From an uncultured virus (IMG/VR IMGVR_UViG_3300044699_000033) (Duplodnaviria; Heunggongvirae; Uroviricota; Caudoviricetes): a stretch of DNA of 64,000 bases. The translations under genes and the position numbers were made by a program. The notes below the pieces were generated by a model. The model saw only the letters and a program-made list of their open reading frames with translations. It searched no databases and was not told the origin of the DNA. Positions within the stretch are counted from its first letter, which is position 1. The number at the start of each line of letters is the position of its first letter. The stretch lies in IMG/VR virus record IMGVR_UViG_3300044699_000033. One strand, 5' to 3'. Of the stretch, positions 35,640 through 42,009 are shown one piece after another.

Positions 35640-36164
35640 TTATATTTGTCTCCACATACTAAACCCTCCAAGAGTATTTCTTGATACTCTAATTTTCTCA
35701 GGATTTTGATCTGTGTACTTTTTTGCTATAATATTCATCTTCCTAGTAGGTTCAAAACCAAAGAATTGTAGCATTTTATTGAACTTAACTGCCCACCTTC
35801 TTTCCCATTTTATCTTTGCCACCTTCCCTCTTGTAAGAAGATTTATATGATTTATCTTCTCTCCTACTTCACTTGAACTATGAGGGTCTTCTGCTTTTAG
35901 CTTGTAAGGAATATACTGTAGTTTCAGCTCTCCTGTATATGAACCTAGTTTGACACCTAATGGATTAAAAATAGCTTCTTCTCTTATTGTTTCAGCTATG
36001 TCCATCCATAAGCGATAGAACTCTTTTGTAGAAAGCTTATATTCAGGAAACTGCTTTAAAAAACTTCTACAAAGCTCATCAGTAACTACTGATTTAGAGT
36101 ACTTAGCCTTTCTCATTCTGGGAGCTTTTTGGTCCACAGAGTATGTTGGTTTTGCTTGCTTCAC
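35640..36164 (-). CDS. IHF/HU-like DNA-binding protein (crAss type)
   Basis: Basic 174 aa; IREEAI...GVKLGSYTGELKL resembles the HU/IHF arm; heads the tail operon as in crAss-like phages. Confidence 0.5.
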   Translation of the reverse strand: MKQAKPTYSVDQKAPRMRKAKYSKSVVTDELCRSFLKQFPEYKLSTKEFYRLWMDIAETIREEAIFNPLGVKLGSYTGELKLQYIPYKLKAEDPHSSSEVGEKINHINLLTRGKVAKIKWERRWAVKFNKMLQFFGFEPTRKMNIIAKKYTDQNPEKIRVSRNTLGGFSMWRQI

Positions 36165-36197
36165 TTATAAAATTATAACTTATAATATCCTCAGTAT

Positions 36198-36228
36198 CAA
36201 ATATACATGATTTTGCTGACATATCAAA
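36198..36228 (-). promoter_or_regulatory. Bacteroidota promoter (TTTG-N19-TATATTTG) for the tail operon
   Basis: -7 element at 36198-36205, -33 TTTG at 36225-36228. Confidence 0.6.
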
Positions 36229-36244
36229 ATTAACCTATATTGTT

Positions 36245-36275
36245 AAAAGAAAAAGCCTCTCATTTTTGAGAGGCT
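36245..36275 (-). terminator. Intrinsic terminator
   Basis: AGCCTCTCA-AAAA-TGAGAGGCT followed by TTTTCTTTT. Confidence 0.85.
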
Positions 36276-36297
36276 CTGTTAGGGTTTTGGTTTACAA

Positions 36298-36567
36298 TTA
36301 TTCAGTTGCAGATGATGGTGGAACAGGCGTGACATTTTGTTGTATAAATGCCATAATTGGGTTAATTGTCTTCCAATCTAAGCCTTTAAGTTCACCTACT
36401 GCATTAAGGATGGCATTTATTGCCTTTTCTGAAATAAGGTACATTTTCTCCTGTGGTTGTGCAGGGGCTGTTGCTACTACTGGAGCTTTTGGTGCCCTTT
36501 TAGGAGCACCCTTCCCTGGTATATCCACTACTTTTGAGTCTGTTGTTGATTCTTCTGTTAATGACAT
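36298..36567 (-). CDS. Small hypothetical protein
   Basis: 89 aa with its own TATCTTTG promoter (36585-36592, TTTG 19 nt upstream) and terminator. Confidence 0.6.
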   Translation of the reverse strand: MSLTEESTTDSKVVDIPGKGAPKRAPKAPVVATAPAQPQEKMYLISEKAINAILNAVGELKGLDWKTINPIMAFIQQNVTPVPPSSATE

Positions 36568-36653
36568 AAAATATATATTTTTAACAAAGATATGAAATTT
36601 CCAGAATTATCCAAATCTTAAATGTTAAAGAAATGTTAAAGGATTATTAAAAG

Positions 36654-36736
36654 TGGGCAGAGAAGGGATTCGAACCTTCAAACTCTTAGGAGACCTGTTT
36701 TACAGACAGGGTGCTTTACCATTTGCATATCTACCC
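36654..36736 (-). tRNA. tRNA-Tyr: tRNA-Tyr(GTA)
   Basis: Anticodon arm CCTGT-CTGTAAA-ACAGG, long variable arm, TTCGAAT T-loop. Confidence 0.93.
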
Positions 36737-36740
36737 AAGT

Positions 36741-36831
36741 TGCGGAGAGTAAGGGAATTCAACCCTTATCCCAAATTAATGGGACTCTGTTTAGCAAACA
36801 GATGCAGCCAAGCAATATCTGCCTACTCTCC
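36741..36831 (-). tRNA. tRNA-Ser: tRNA-Ser(GCT)
   Basis: GGAGAGT acceptor, TCTGT-TTGCTAA-ACAGA, long variable arm, G73. Confidence 0.9.
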
Positions 36832-36836
36832 AATAG

Positions 36837-36918
36837 AGGAAGGTGAAGTAATCGAAACCTGATGTTTTACCACCGCCTGGGGTTCAAAGCCAGTTACCCA
36901 CCTTGAGTGCCACCTTCC
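36837..36918 (-). tRNA. tRNA-Ser: tRNA-Ser(TGA), 8/4-type cloverleaf
   Basis: Acceptor GGAAGGTG/CACCTTCC (8 bp), T-stem AGGT/ACTT (4 bp), loop TTTGAAC, variable arm. Confidence 0.8.
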
Positions 36919-36923
36919 TTATG

Positions 36924-36998
36924 TCCTTCTAGCTGGATTCGAACCTGCACTTTTACAAGGTTTAAGCTTGTCATGTCTGCCAATTGCATCATAGAAGG
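36924..36998 (-). tRNA. tRNA-Leu: tRNA-Leu(TAA), short variable region
   Basis: ACAAG-CTTAAAC-CTTGT; Leu-type D-arm ATGCAATTGGCAGACAT; A73. Confidence 0.88.
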
Positions 36999-37002
36999 AT
37001 AG

Positions 37003-37076
37003 TGACCCTGAAGAGACTCGAACTCTTAAATAACTGATCCTAAGTCAGTTGTGTCTACCAATTGCACCACAGGGCC
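37003..37076 (-). tRNA. tRNA-Leu: tRNA-Leu(TAG), short variable region
   Basis: ACTGA-CTTAGGA-TCAGT; Leu-type D-arm; A73. Confidence 0.9.
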
Positions 37077-37079
37077 AAT

Positions 37080-37109
37080 AAAAAACCCCCAACTTTTCAG
37101 CCGGGGGTT
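37080..37109 (-). terminator. Attenuator terminator A, upstream of the Leu/Ser/Tyr tRNAs
   Basis: AACCCCCGGCT-GAAA-AGTTGGGGGTT-TTTT ending 3 nt before tRNA-Leu(TAG). Confidence 0.88.
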
Positions 37110-37131
37110 ATTAAGTGTACGCAGGTCTCCG

Positions 37132-37209
37132 TTATTTTGTACATACCATTCCCAGCTTGTTCTTTGACAAGAGTGATAAACTGGAATAATATGATAGAAT
37201 GAATATCAT
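37132..37209 (-). CDS. Leader peptide A (MIFILSYYSSLSLLSKNKLGMVCTK)
   Basis: 25-codon ORF with 11 consecutive Leu/Ser/Tyr codons, overlapping the antiterminator strand. Confidence 0.8.
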   Translation of the reverse strand: MIFILSYYSSLSLLSKNKLGMVCTK

Positions 37210-37211
37210 TT

Positions 37212-37364
37212 TTAAATATGACCTGTTGCTGTCAATACTGCAAGCACTATAGTTGCTACTATAGCCACAATATTAACTGCTGTTTTTGTTGTTTGGCTTG
37301 CTGCAACATTCCCATTAAAGAGATACATTACAACAAATAAAGCTGCTAATAAGAACCAATTCAT
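37212..37364 (-). CDS. 50-aa two-helix membrane protein
   Basis: MNWFLLAALFVVMYLF...VAIVATIVLAVLTATGHI; ATG 3 nt after TATATTTG (37368-37375). Confidence 0.6.
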   Translation of the reverse strand: MNWFLLAALFVVMYLFNGNVAASQTTKTAVNIVAIVATIVLAVLTATGHI

Positions 37365-37406
37365 AGGCAAATATACAACCTTTTAACGAAGACTCTAAAT
37401 TTTATT

Positions 37407-37868
37407 TTAGAATTCTTCAGTTGTAGTTTCTGTAGTTGATTCTGTTGTTGTTGCTTCAGTTGTAGTCTCAGTTGTAGACTCTGTTGTAGTCTCAGTAGTT
37501 GTTTCAGTTGTAGTATCACCTACAGTAGAAGCAACATCTGCTGATGTAGCAGCAACTTGATCCTTGATTGCTTGAACTTGATCAATAACAGCTTGAATTT
37601 GTTCAGGAGATGCACTTTCTGCAAGTTGAGCCTGAAGAGCTGCAATTGTTTCATTAAGCCCTTGAACAACAGCAGCATTTGTATCAAGCAATGCTTGAAT
37701 TTGCTCTTGTTCTGCATCTACAGTTTCTTGTAGACCTGCAACTTGTGATTTAAGTTCTGCAACTTGTTCGTTAAGAATTTCGACTTTTCCCATAATTTGA
37801 TTGAGTTTTTTAAGTATTAAAGATTCGTTTTCAAAATGATTGTGAATATGTATGTGTAATCCTGTCAT
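37407..37868 (-). CDS. Coiled-coil protein with Thr/Glu-rich tail
   Basis: Heptad-like Q/A/L pattern; C-terminal TTTE repeats. Confidence 0.65.
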   Translation of the reverse strand: MTGLHIHIHNHFENESLILKKLNQIMGKVEILNEQVAELKSQVAGLQETVDAEQEQIQALLDTNAAVVQGLNETIAALQAQLAESASPEQIQAVIDQVQAIKDQVAATSADVASTVGDTTTETTTETTTESTTETTTEATTTESTTETTTEEF

Positions 37869-37958
37869 AATTTTAATATTACACTTTGTTTGTGTGGTAA
37901 ATATACGAATAATAATTGAATCTACAAAATTTATTTGTCTATTTTTTGTAAAAAATTT

Positions 37959-38114
37959 TTAGAATATAGCTTTTGCTATAAAATAGAGAAGTAAAACAAT
38001 TGCAGAAATGATAAGAATATGCTTTAATCTAAGTTTGTAAGGAGCGTAATAATGTACTCCCAATAAAATGATAAAACACAATACGAATACCAGTATAAAG
38101 TAAATTAAGGACAT
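37959..38114 (-). CDS. Small membrane protein
   Basis: MSLIYFILVFVLCFIILLG...ILIISAIVLLLYFIAKAIF, two hydrophobic helices. Confidence 0.45.
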   Translation of the reverse strand: MSLIYFILVFVLCFIILLGVHYYAPYKLRLKHILIISAIVLLLYFIAKAIF

Positions 38115-38233
38115 GAATAACTGCAATATAGTCCTTTTGTGCGAAACTATTATTATATAATTACGACTAAATGTTATATAATTCCCACATATAATACTAC
38201 AATTACTATGCCAAAGATATAACACATTACTAA

Positions 38234-38308
38234 TGTGGAGGATACCAGCATCGAACTGGTGACTCTAGCTTGCAAAGCTAGTGTTTTTGCCATCTATACT
38301 AATCCCCC
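38234..38308 (-). tRNA. tRNA-Ala: tRNA-Ala(TGC)
   Basis: G3:U70; CTAGC-TTTGCAA-GCTAG. Confidence 0.92.
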
Positions 38309-38373
38309 AGAAGGGCATTGATTGAGGGCTCAATGCTCAAAGCCTTTTGTAACATCCCTGCCTAAGGCAGAGA

Positions 38374-38535
38374 CTAAACTCCTTTAAATGTTTGACCACT
38401 TAAAGAGAAATACTCTCTTGCAGAAATTTTGTTTCTTACAAAGAGAGAGATTGCATTTCCTTTGTTAGCAGATTTCTTCTTATTTCTGCCACATTTCCTG
38501 CAACCTTTTACTTTTTGTCCATCTCTTTTAGCCAT
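38374..38535 (-). CDS. 53-aa basic protein with CxxC
   Basis: MAKRDGQKVKGCRKCGRNKKK...; A-rich upstream context. Confidence 0.5.
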   Translation of the reverse strand: MAKRDGQKVKGCRKCGRNKKKSANKGNAISLFVRNKISAREYFSLSGQTFKGV

Positions 38536-38614
38536 TTTCTGTGTTGGCTAGCTGTTTTGTCAGCTAGTTACCACGTTAGGCTATTTCTTGCTTTTCTCAT
38601 TTTGCTTGTTTTAG

Positions 38615-38687
38615 TGCAGCTAATAGGATCTGAGCCTATGACCTCTTGCTTATCAGACAAGTGCTCTACCAACTGAGCTATAGCTGC
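38615..38687 (-). tRNA. tRNA-Ile: tRNA-Ile(GAT)
   Basis: CTTGT-CTGATAA-GCAAG; canonical D-arm. Confidence 0.9.
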
Positions 38688-38691
38688 AATT

Positions 38692-38808
38692 TTAACAGGA
38701 AGTTTTATATTTTCTAATTCTTCCTCTCCTTCTTCTAATACAGATAAGACATGCACCATTGCATTTAATAATCTTTCTTATACTTTTTATTCTTTCCACC
38801 CTTCTCAT
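38692..38808 (-). CDS. 38-aa Arg/Lys/Cys-rich mini-protein
   Basis: MRRVERIKSIRKIIKCNGACLICIRRRRGRIRKYKTSC fills the spacer between two tRNAs. Confidence 0.35.
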   Translation of the reverse strand: MRRVERIKSIRKIIKCNGACLICIRRRRGRIRKYKTSC

Positions 38809-38882
38809 GTTGACTTGCCCAGAGTCGAACTGGGACAGCTCATGTTATGAGCATGATTCTCTACCAATTAAGATACAAGTCA
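38808..38882 (-). tRNA. tRNA-CAT (elongator Met or lysidine-Ile2)
   Basis: TCATG-CTCATAA-CATGA; identity not resolvable by eye. Confidence 0.85.
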
Positions 38883-38885
38883 ATT

Positions 38886-38960
38886 TGGCCGAGAGTGGGA
38901 GGTTCGAACTCCTACCTTTTGCGTGACAAGCAAATATGCAGCCATTACACCACACCCTCG
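38886..38960 (-). tRNA. tRNA-Asp: tRNA-Asp(GTC), folds best as 8/4
   Basis: TTTGC-TTGTCAC-GCAAA; G73 and encoded CCA. Confidence 0.88.
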
Positions 38961-38964
38961 GTAT

Positions 38965-39192
38965 TTACATATATCTTATAAGATGCTTTGCTTCCATTTC
39001 AGGAAGAAAATCTGCATCTCCCATATCTGAAACAGGTACATAAAATGTAATTACCATTACACCACTTCCTGGAGTACCTATGGTAGCCTCATAGTAAGCT
39101 GTACCTTTCCTGATATATAAGAACTTTGCCTTTGGTTTCTCTTTATAAAGAGCCTTTTTGATAATTTCAGTACTTAAAATGCTATTATCCAT
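38965..39192 (-). CDS. Hypothetical protein
   Basis: 75-aa ORF between tRNAs (IKKALYKEKPKA...VPVSDMGDADF). Confidence 0.65.
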   Translation of the reverse strand: MDNSILSTEIIKKALYKEKPKAKFLYIRKGTAYYEATIGTPGSGVMVITFYVPVSDMGDADFLPEMEAKHLIRYM

Positions 39193-39206
39193 ATTGTTGA
39201 TTTTAG

Positions 39207-39278
39207 TACTCTATGAGAGGATCGAACTCTCTTCAACAGTTTGAAGGACTGCTATCCTGGCCATTAGACGAATAGAGC
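39207..39278 (-). tRNA. tRNA-Glu: tRNA-Glu(TTC)
   Basis: GCAGT-CCTTCAA-ACTGT; Glu-type D-arm GTCTAATGGCCAGGAT. Confidence 0.85.
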
Positions 39279-39311
39279 ATTTCCACTTTAACCTGGTCCA
39301 GTGGGAAGGTA

Positions 39312-39385
39312 GGAGCACCAGTGGAGTAACAATCTCCATACTCCAGTTTGGAAGACTGGTGTGTATTCATCAACACTTCTGATGC
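39312..39385 (-). tRNA. tRNA-Gly: tRNA-Gly(TCC)
   Basis: CCAGT-CTTCCAA-ACTGG; U73; atypical T-loop ATTGTTA. Confidence 0.82.
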
Positions 39386-39544
39386 ATGGAGGGAGACTGG
39401 TTATTTATACCATTAATTAGGGACTCTCCCAGACCCTTCTTGCTCTTTGTTACTCAGGGAGAGGCGGTTCATAGTATTACCCACCTTCAAGAGATTACTT
39501 TATTCCCTCAGGTTCTTTACCCTCCCCGTGAGTAACTTAATTAT

Positions 39545-40032
39545 TTATATATCTCTGGGTGCTACAAACATGGTCAGCAGCCTTTGTTGTAATAACATGA
39601 TCTCCTTTGAATTCTGCATTATAGTTTAAACCCTTTCATCCATCCATTTACAGCAGATACTAGTTTATTACTTGCCCACTTTGGGATTTGATTATAGTCA
39701 AACTCTAAAGCTTCAAAGGATATAGGTATCTCAGAATCAATTAGTTGTGCTGCTTCTAATGTCCTTTCAGCTTCTCCAAAGAGTCTTGTGTACATGTCTC
39801 TTATGATTGGAAGCTGCTCTCTGTAATAGACAAAGTGTGCTCCTCTGTGTCCATACCTATATGCTACTACAGTAACATACACTGTATTCCTCTTTCTCCT
39901 ACCTTTTCCTCTTTCATCCTGAGAGTCAGTACCAACATAGATTTTCATATTAGGCCACTTTTGTAATTGCTCTAAAGTGTGCTCAACTATGTTAACTCTT
40001 TCACCTTGTTGTGTTCTGAAGTACTTGTCCAT
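39545..40032 (-). CDS. RNase H-like YkuK (DUF458) family protein; C-terminal frameshift
   Basis: KIYVGTDSQ...YVTVVAYRYG.RGAH...RLFGEAERT...FDYN; the shifted frame continues ...FKGDHVITTKAADH. Confidence 0.8.
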
Positions 40033-40273
40033 TGGTTCTAATTAATCTATAATACCTACCTCTTCTTGTTTTCTTTATAATAATCTTTAATCTTCTAAGA
40101 ATTCTAGGAACATGGTGACCCATATAAATCCTCTCATATCCTACCTTCTTTTCAAAAGCTTCATCAATGAGTTCCATTCCTCCTATACCTGTTCTGACAA
40201 CAATCTGTCTTGCAGGAGGACAGTCACCACCCCAATATTCTATAATTGCTTTCTTTATAGTTTCTGTATCCAT
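40001..40273 (-). CDS. Hypothetical basic protein
   Basis: MDTETIKKAII...; ATG 4 nt after TATCTTTG (40278-40285). Confidence 0.55.
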   Translation of the reverse strand: MDTETIKKAIIEYWGGDCPPARQIVVRTGIGGMELIDEAFEKKVGYERIYMGHHVPRILRRLKIIIKKTRRGRYYRLIRTNGQVLQNTTR

Positions 40274-40313
40274 ATTACAAAGATAATAATCAAATTTCAA
40301 AGAACCAAATAAA

Positions 40314-40389
40314 TGTTGCAGGTGTTGGATTCGAACCAACGATCTCTAAGGTTATGAGCCTTGAAGGATGACCACTTCCCTAACCTGCA
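40314..40389 (-). tRNA. tRNA-Met: tRNA-Met(CAT), initiator-like
   Basis: AAGG-CTCATAA-CCTT; fMet-like D-arm GGAAGTGGTCATCC. Confidence 0.85.
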
Positions 40390-40393
40390 ATAT

Positions 40394-40468
40394 TGCTCCC
40401 CCTCAGAATTTTGAAATCTGGACCTCAACCTTAACAGGGTTTTGCTCTGCCCTCTGAGCTAAAGGGGA
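40394..40468 (-). tRNA. tRNA-Asn: tRNA-Asn(GTT)
   Basis: TCCCCT acceptor, AACC-CTGTTAA-GGTT, G73. Confidence 0.9.
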
Positions 40469-40476
40469 ATATTTAG

Positions 40477-40549
40477 CACACCTGAGAGGATTCGAACCTC
40501 TATCTTACAGTTTAGAAAACTGGGGCAATCTCCTTTATACTACAGGTGC
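40477..40549 (-). tRNA. tRNA-Arg: tRNA-Arg(TCT)
   Basis: CAGT-TTTCTAA-ACTG. Confidence 0.87.
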
Positions 40550-40553
40550 ATTC

Positions 40554-40628
40554 TGTAGAGCCACCCAAATTCGAATTGGGAACAAAGGTTTAGGAAACCT
40601 TTATTTTATCCTATTAAACTATGGCTCC
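40554..40628 (-). tRNA. tRNA-Arg: tRNA-Arg(CCT)
   Basis: AAGGT-TTCCTAA-ACCTT. Confidence 0.87.
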
Positions 40629-40631
40629 ATT

Positions 40632-40705
40632 TGTACAGGGTGAGAATTTTGAAATCTCGACTTCCACTTTGTAGGAGTGGCACTCTTCCTCTGAGTTAAC
40701 CCTGC
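40632..40705 (-). tRNA. tRNA-Val: tRNA-Val(TAC)
   Basis: CCACT-CCTACAA-AGTGG; A73. Confidence 0.88.
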
Positions 40706-40706
40706 A

Positions 40707-40877
40707 TCACTTTAAATTCTTCAATTGTATCATTAAAGCTGATATTTCACTTGTATACTTACTTACACTAATTTCAGCAGTATTAGATGTTTTCTGCTTT
40801 AAATTAGAATACATTTCATCCTCAAGGAACTTAATCCTGTCTATTAGTTTTTGTCTTTTCTTTTCTATCTTGCTCAT
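40707..40877 (-). CDS. Small basic helical protein
   Basis: MSKIEKKRQKLIDRIKFLEDEM...; fills the spacer between tRNAs. Confidence 0.6.
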   Translation of the reverse strand: MSKIEKKRQKLIDRIKFLEDEMYSNLKQKTSNTAEISVSKYTSEISALMIQLKNLK

Positions 40878-40888
40878 ATATTTGGTTT

Positions 40889-40962
40889 TGTGACCCCAGT
40901 GAGCCATGATCTCACAACCCCAGTTTAAGAGACTGGTACTCTGCCAATTGAGCTATGGAGTC
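40889..40962 (-). tRNA. tRNA-Lys: tRNA-Lys(CTT)
   Basis: CCAGT-CTCTTAA-ACTGG; atypical T-loop. Confidence 0.85.
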
Positions 40963-40965
40963 TAG

Positions 40966-41038
40966 TCCCCCTGAGAGGAGTCGAACCTCCTGTCTTCTGA
41001 TTAAAAGTCAGTAGCTTGTCCAAATAAGCTCCAAGGGG
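40966..41038 (-). tRNA. tRNA-Lys: tRNA-Lys(TTT)
   Basis: CTGA-CTTTTAA-TCAG; TTCGACT T-loop. Confidence 0.9.
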
Positions 41039-41042
41039 AAAT

Positions 41043-41072
41043 AAAAAACCCAGAGCTTTTGACTCTGGGCTT
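41043..41072 (-). terminator. Attenuator terminator B, upstream of the Lys...Ala tRNAs
   Basis: GCCCAGAG-TCAAAAG-CTCTGGGT-TTTTT, 4 nt before tRNA-Lys(TTT). Confidence 0.88.
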
Positions 41073-41107
41073 CTAATATTCTGTCTGTACTTTATATTAA
41101 TTCAATA

Positions 41108-41188
41108 TCAGACAATAGAAAACCCAGAGCCAAATTTGCCATTTGCCTCAATTCCTCTATTATCCACTATCATATATAAGTTGTACAT
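41108..41188 (-). CDS. Leader peptide B (MYNLYMIVDNRGIEANGKFGSGFSIV)
   Basis: 26-codon ORF; 13 consecutive codons match the amino acids of the downstream tRNA set; overlaps the antiterminator strand 41116-41131. Confidence 0.8.
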   Translation of the reverse strand: MYNLYMIVDNRGIEANGKFGSGFSIV

Positions 41189-41215
41189 TTTCTGCTGTTA
41201 TTAAATTTTAGAATA

Positions 41216-41247
41216 CAAATATACGGAATTACTTTGAACTTTCCAAA
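41216..41247 (-). promoter_or_regulatory. Bacteroidota promoter (TTTG-N20-TATATTTG) driving leader B and tRNA group B
   Basis: -7 element 41216-41223; -33 TTTG 41244-41247. Confidence 0.75.
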
Positions 41248-41534
41248 TTTATTTTTGGAACTTTCTTAATTAACCCTAATTTCTTCTTCATACTCTTAGT
41301 TTGGGGAGCAGCTTGCCTCTTTTGCAGGAGTTCAGCTTTGTCCTTTCTCTTTGTATGGTAATTTATTAATTCCCAATGAGTCTCATGATTAAGTTGGAAA
41401 ACCTTGTCAAAAAACTCTATTTTCTCTTTTTCCTTAATCTGGTCTAGCCTTTTCTTGTATAAATCTTTCCTTATTTGATTATATACCCTTGCTTTCATGG
41501 CAAGAGTTTTCAATGATATATTTATCTGTTTCAT
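41229..41534 (-). CDS. Basic helical hypothetical protein downstream of the PTH2-like gene
   Basis: MKQINISLKTLAMKARVYNQIRK... Confidence 0.55.
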   Translation of the reverse strand: MKQINISLKTLAMKARVYNQIRKDLYKKRLDQIKEKEKIEFFDKVFQLNHETHWELINYHTKRKDKAELLQKRQAAPQTKSMKKKLGLIKKVPKINLESSK

Positions 41535-41887
41535 TTTTATTAATTTTATTTTTGAATAAAAGTGGTATTTTAGATACCAATTTCTGTGTAAGTGGACTTG
41601 GTTCAATAGCTATTGCTGTTATTTCATTCCCAATGTCAGGTTCTCTAAAAGCTGTATAGGCTAATTGTAGCCTGTCACAGTTTTGCATTAGAAGCTTAAG
41701 TTGTTTTTCATTCTTAAGTTCTAAGAGAACAAGGTAATTGGAGTTTTTAAACCAAGGACCAGCTCTTCCAGGATGTTCAAAGATAAATTAATAGCAGCAT
41801 GGGCTGACTGCACTGCTTTGTACCCATCTGATAAGTCCTCTCTTGTGACTAATTATCAGCTTACTGTATTTCTTGTATCTACTTCAT
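41479..41887 (-). CDS. Peptidyl-tRNA hydrolase PTH2-like protein (frameshifted; TAG at codon 3)
   Basis: Reconstructed KLII-VTREDLSDGYKAVQSAHAAI...NYLVLL...FREPDIGNEITAIAIEP...IPLL, the phage PTH2-like signature. Confidence 0.75.
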
Positions 41888-41901
41888 AATGAATCTTTTA
41901 G

Positions 41902-41974
41902 AGATGCTGATGGGGCTCAACCCACAACTGGGAATTTTAGAGATTGCCTGCTCTATCAATTGAGCTACAGCACC
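41902..41974 (-). tRNA. Amber suppressor tRNA (anticodon CTA)
   Basis: GGTGCTG/CAGCATC acceptor, GCTC/GAGC D-stem, loop CT-CTA-AA. One anticodon-stem mismatch and a 6-nt T-loop (possible errors). Own TACATTTG promoter at 41981-41988. Confidence 0.72.
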
Positions 41975-42009
41975 ATAGCACAAATGTAGGCAAATTCAGG
42001 AGATTTACC

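Noticed and set aside
36837..36918. tRNA-Sec or opal suppressor
   Set aside because: The GGAAG start and 8-bp stem resemble selC, but the minus-strand anticodon is TGA (Ser), not TCA.
39207..39278. TCA-anticodon (opal) reading of CCTTCAAA
   Set aside because: The anticodon stem only pairs with TTC centred, and the D-arm is Glu-type.
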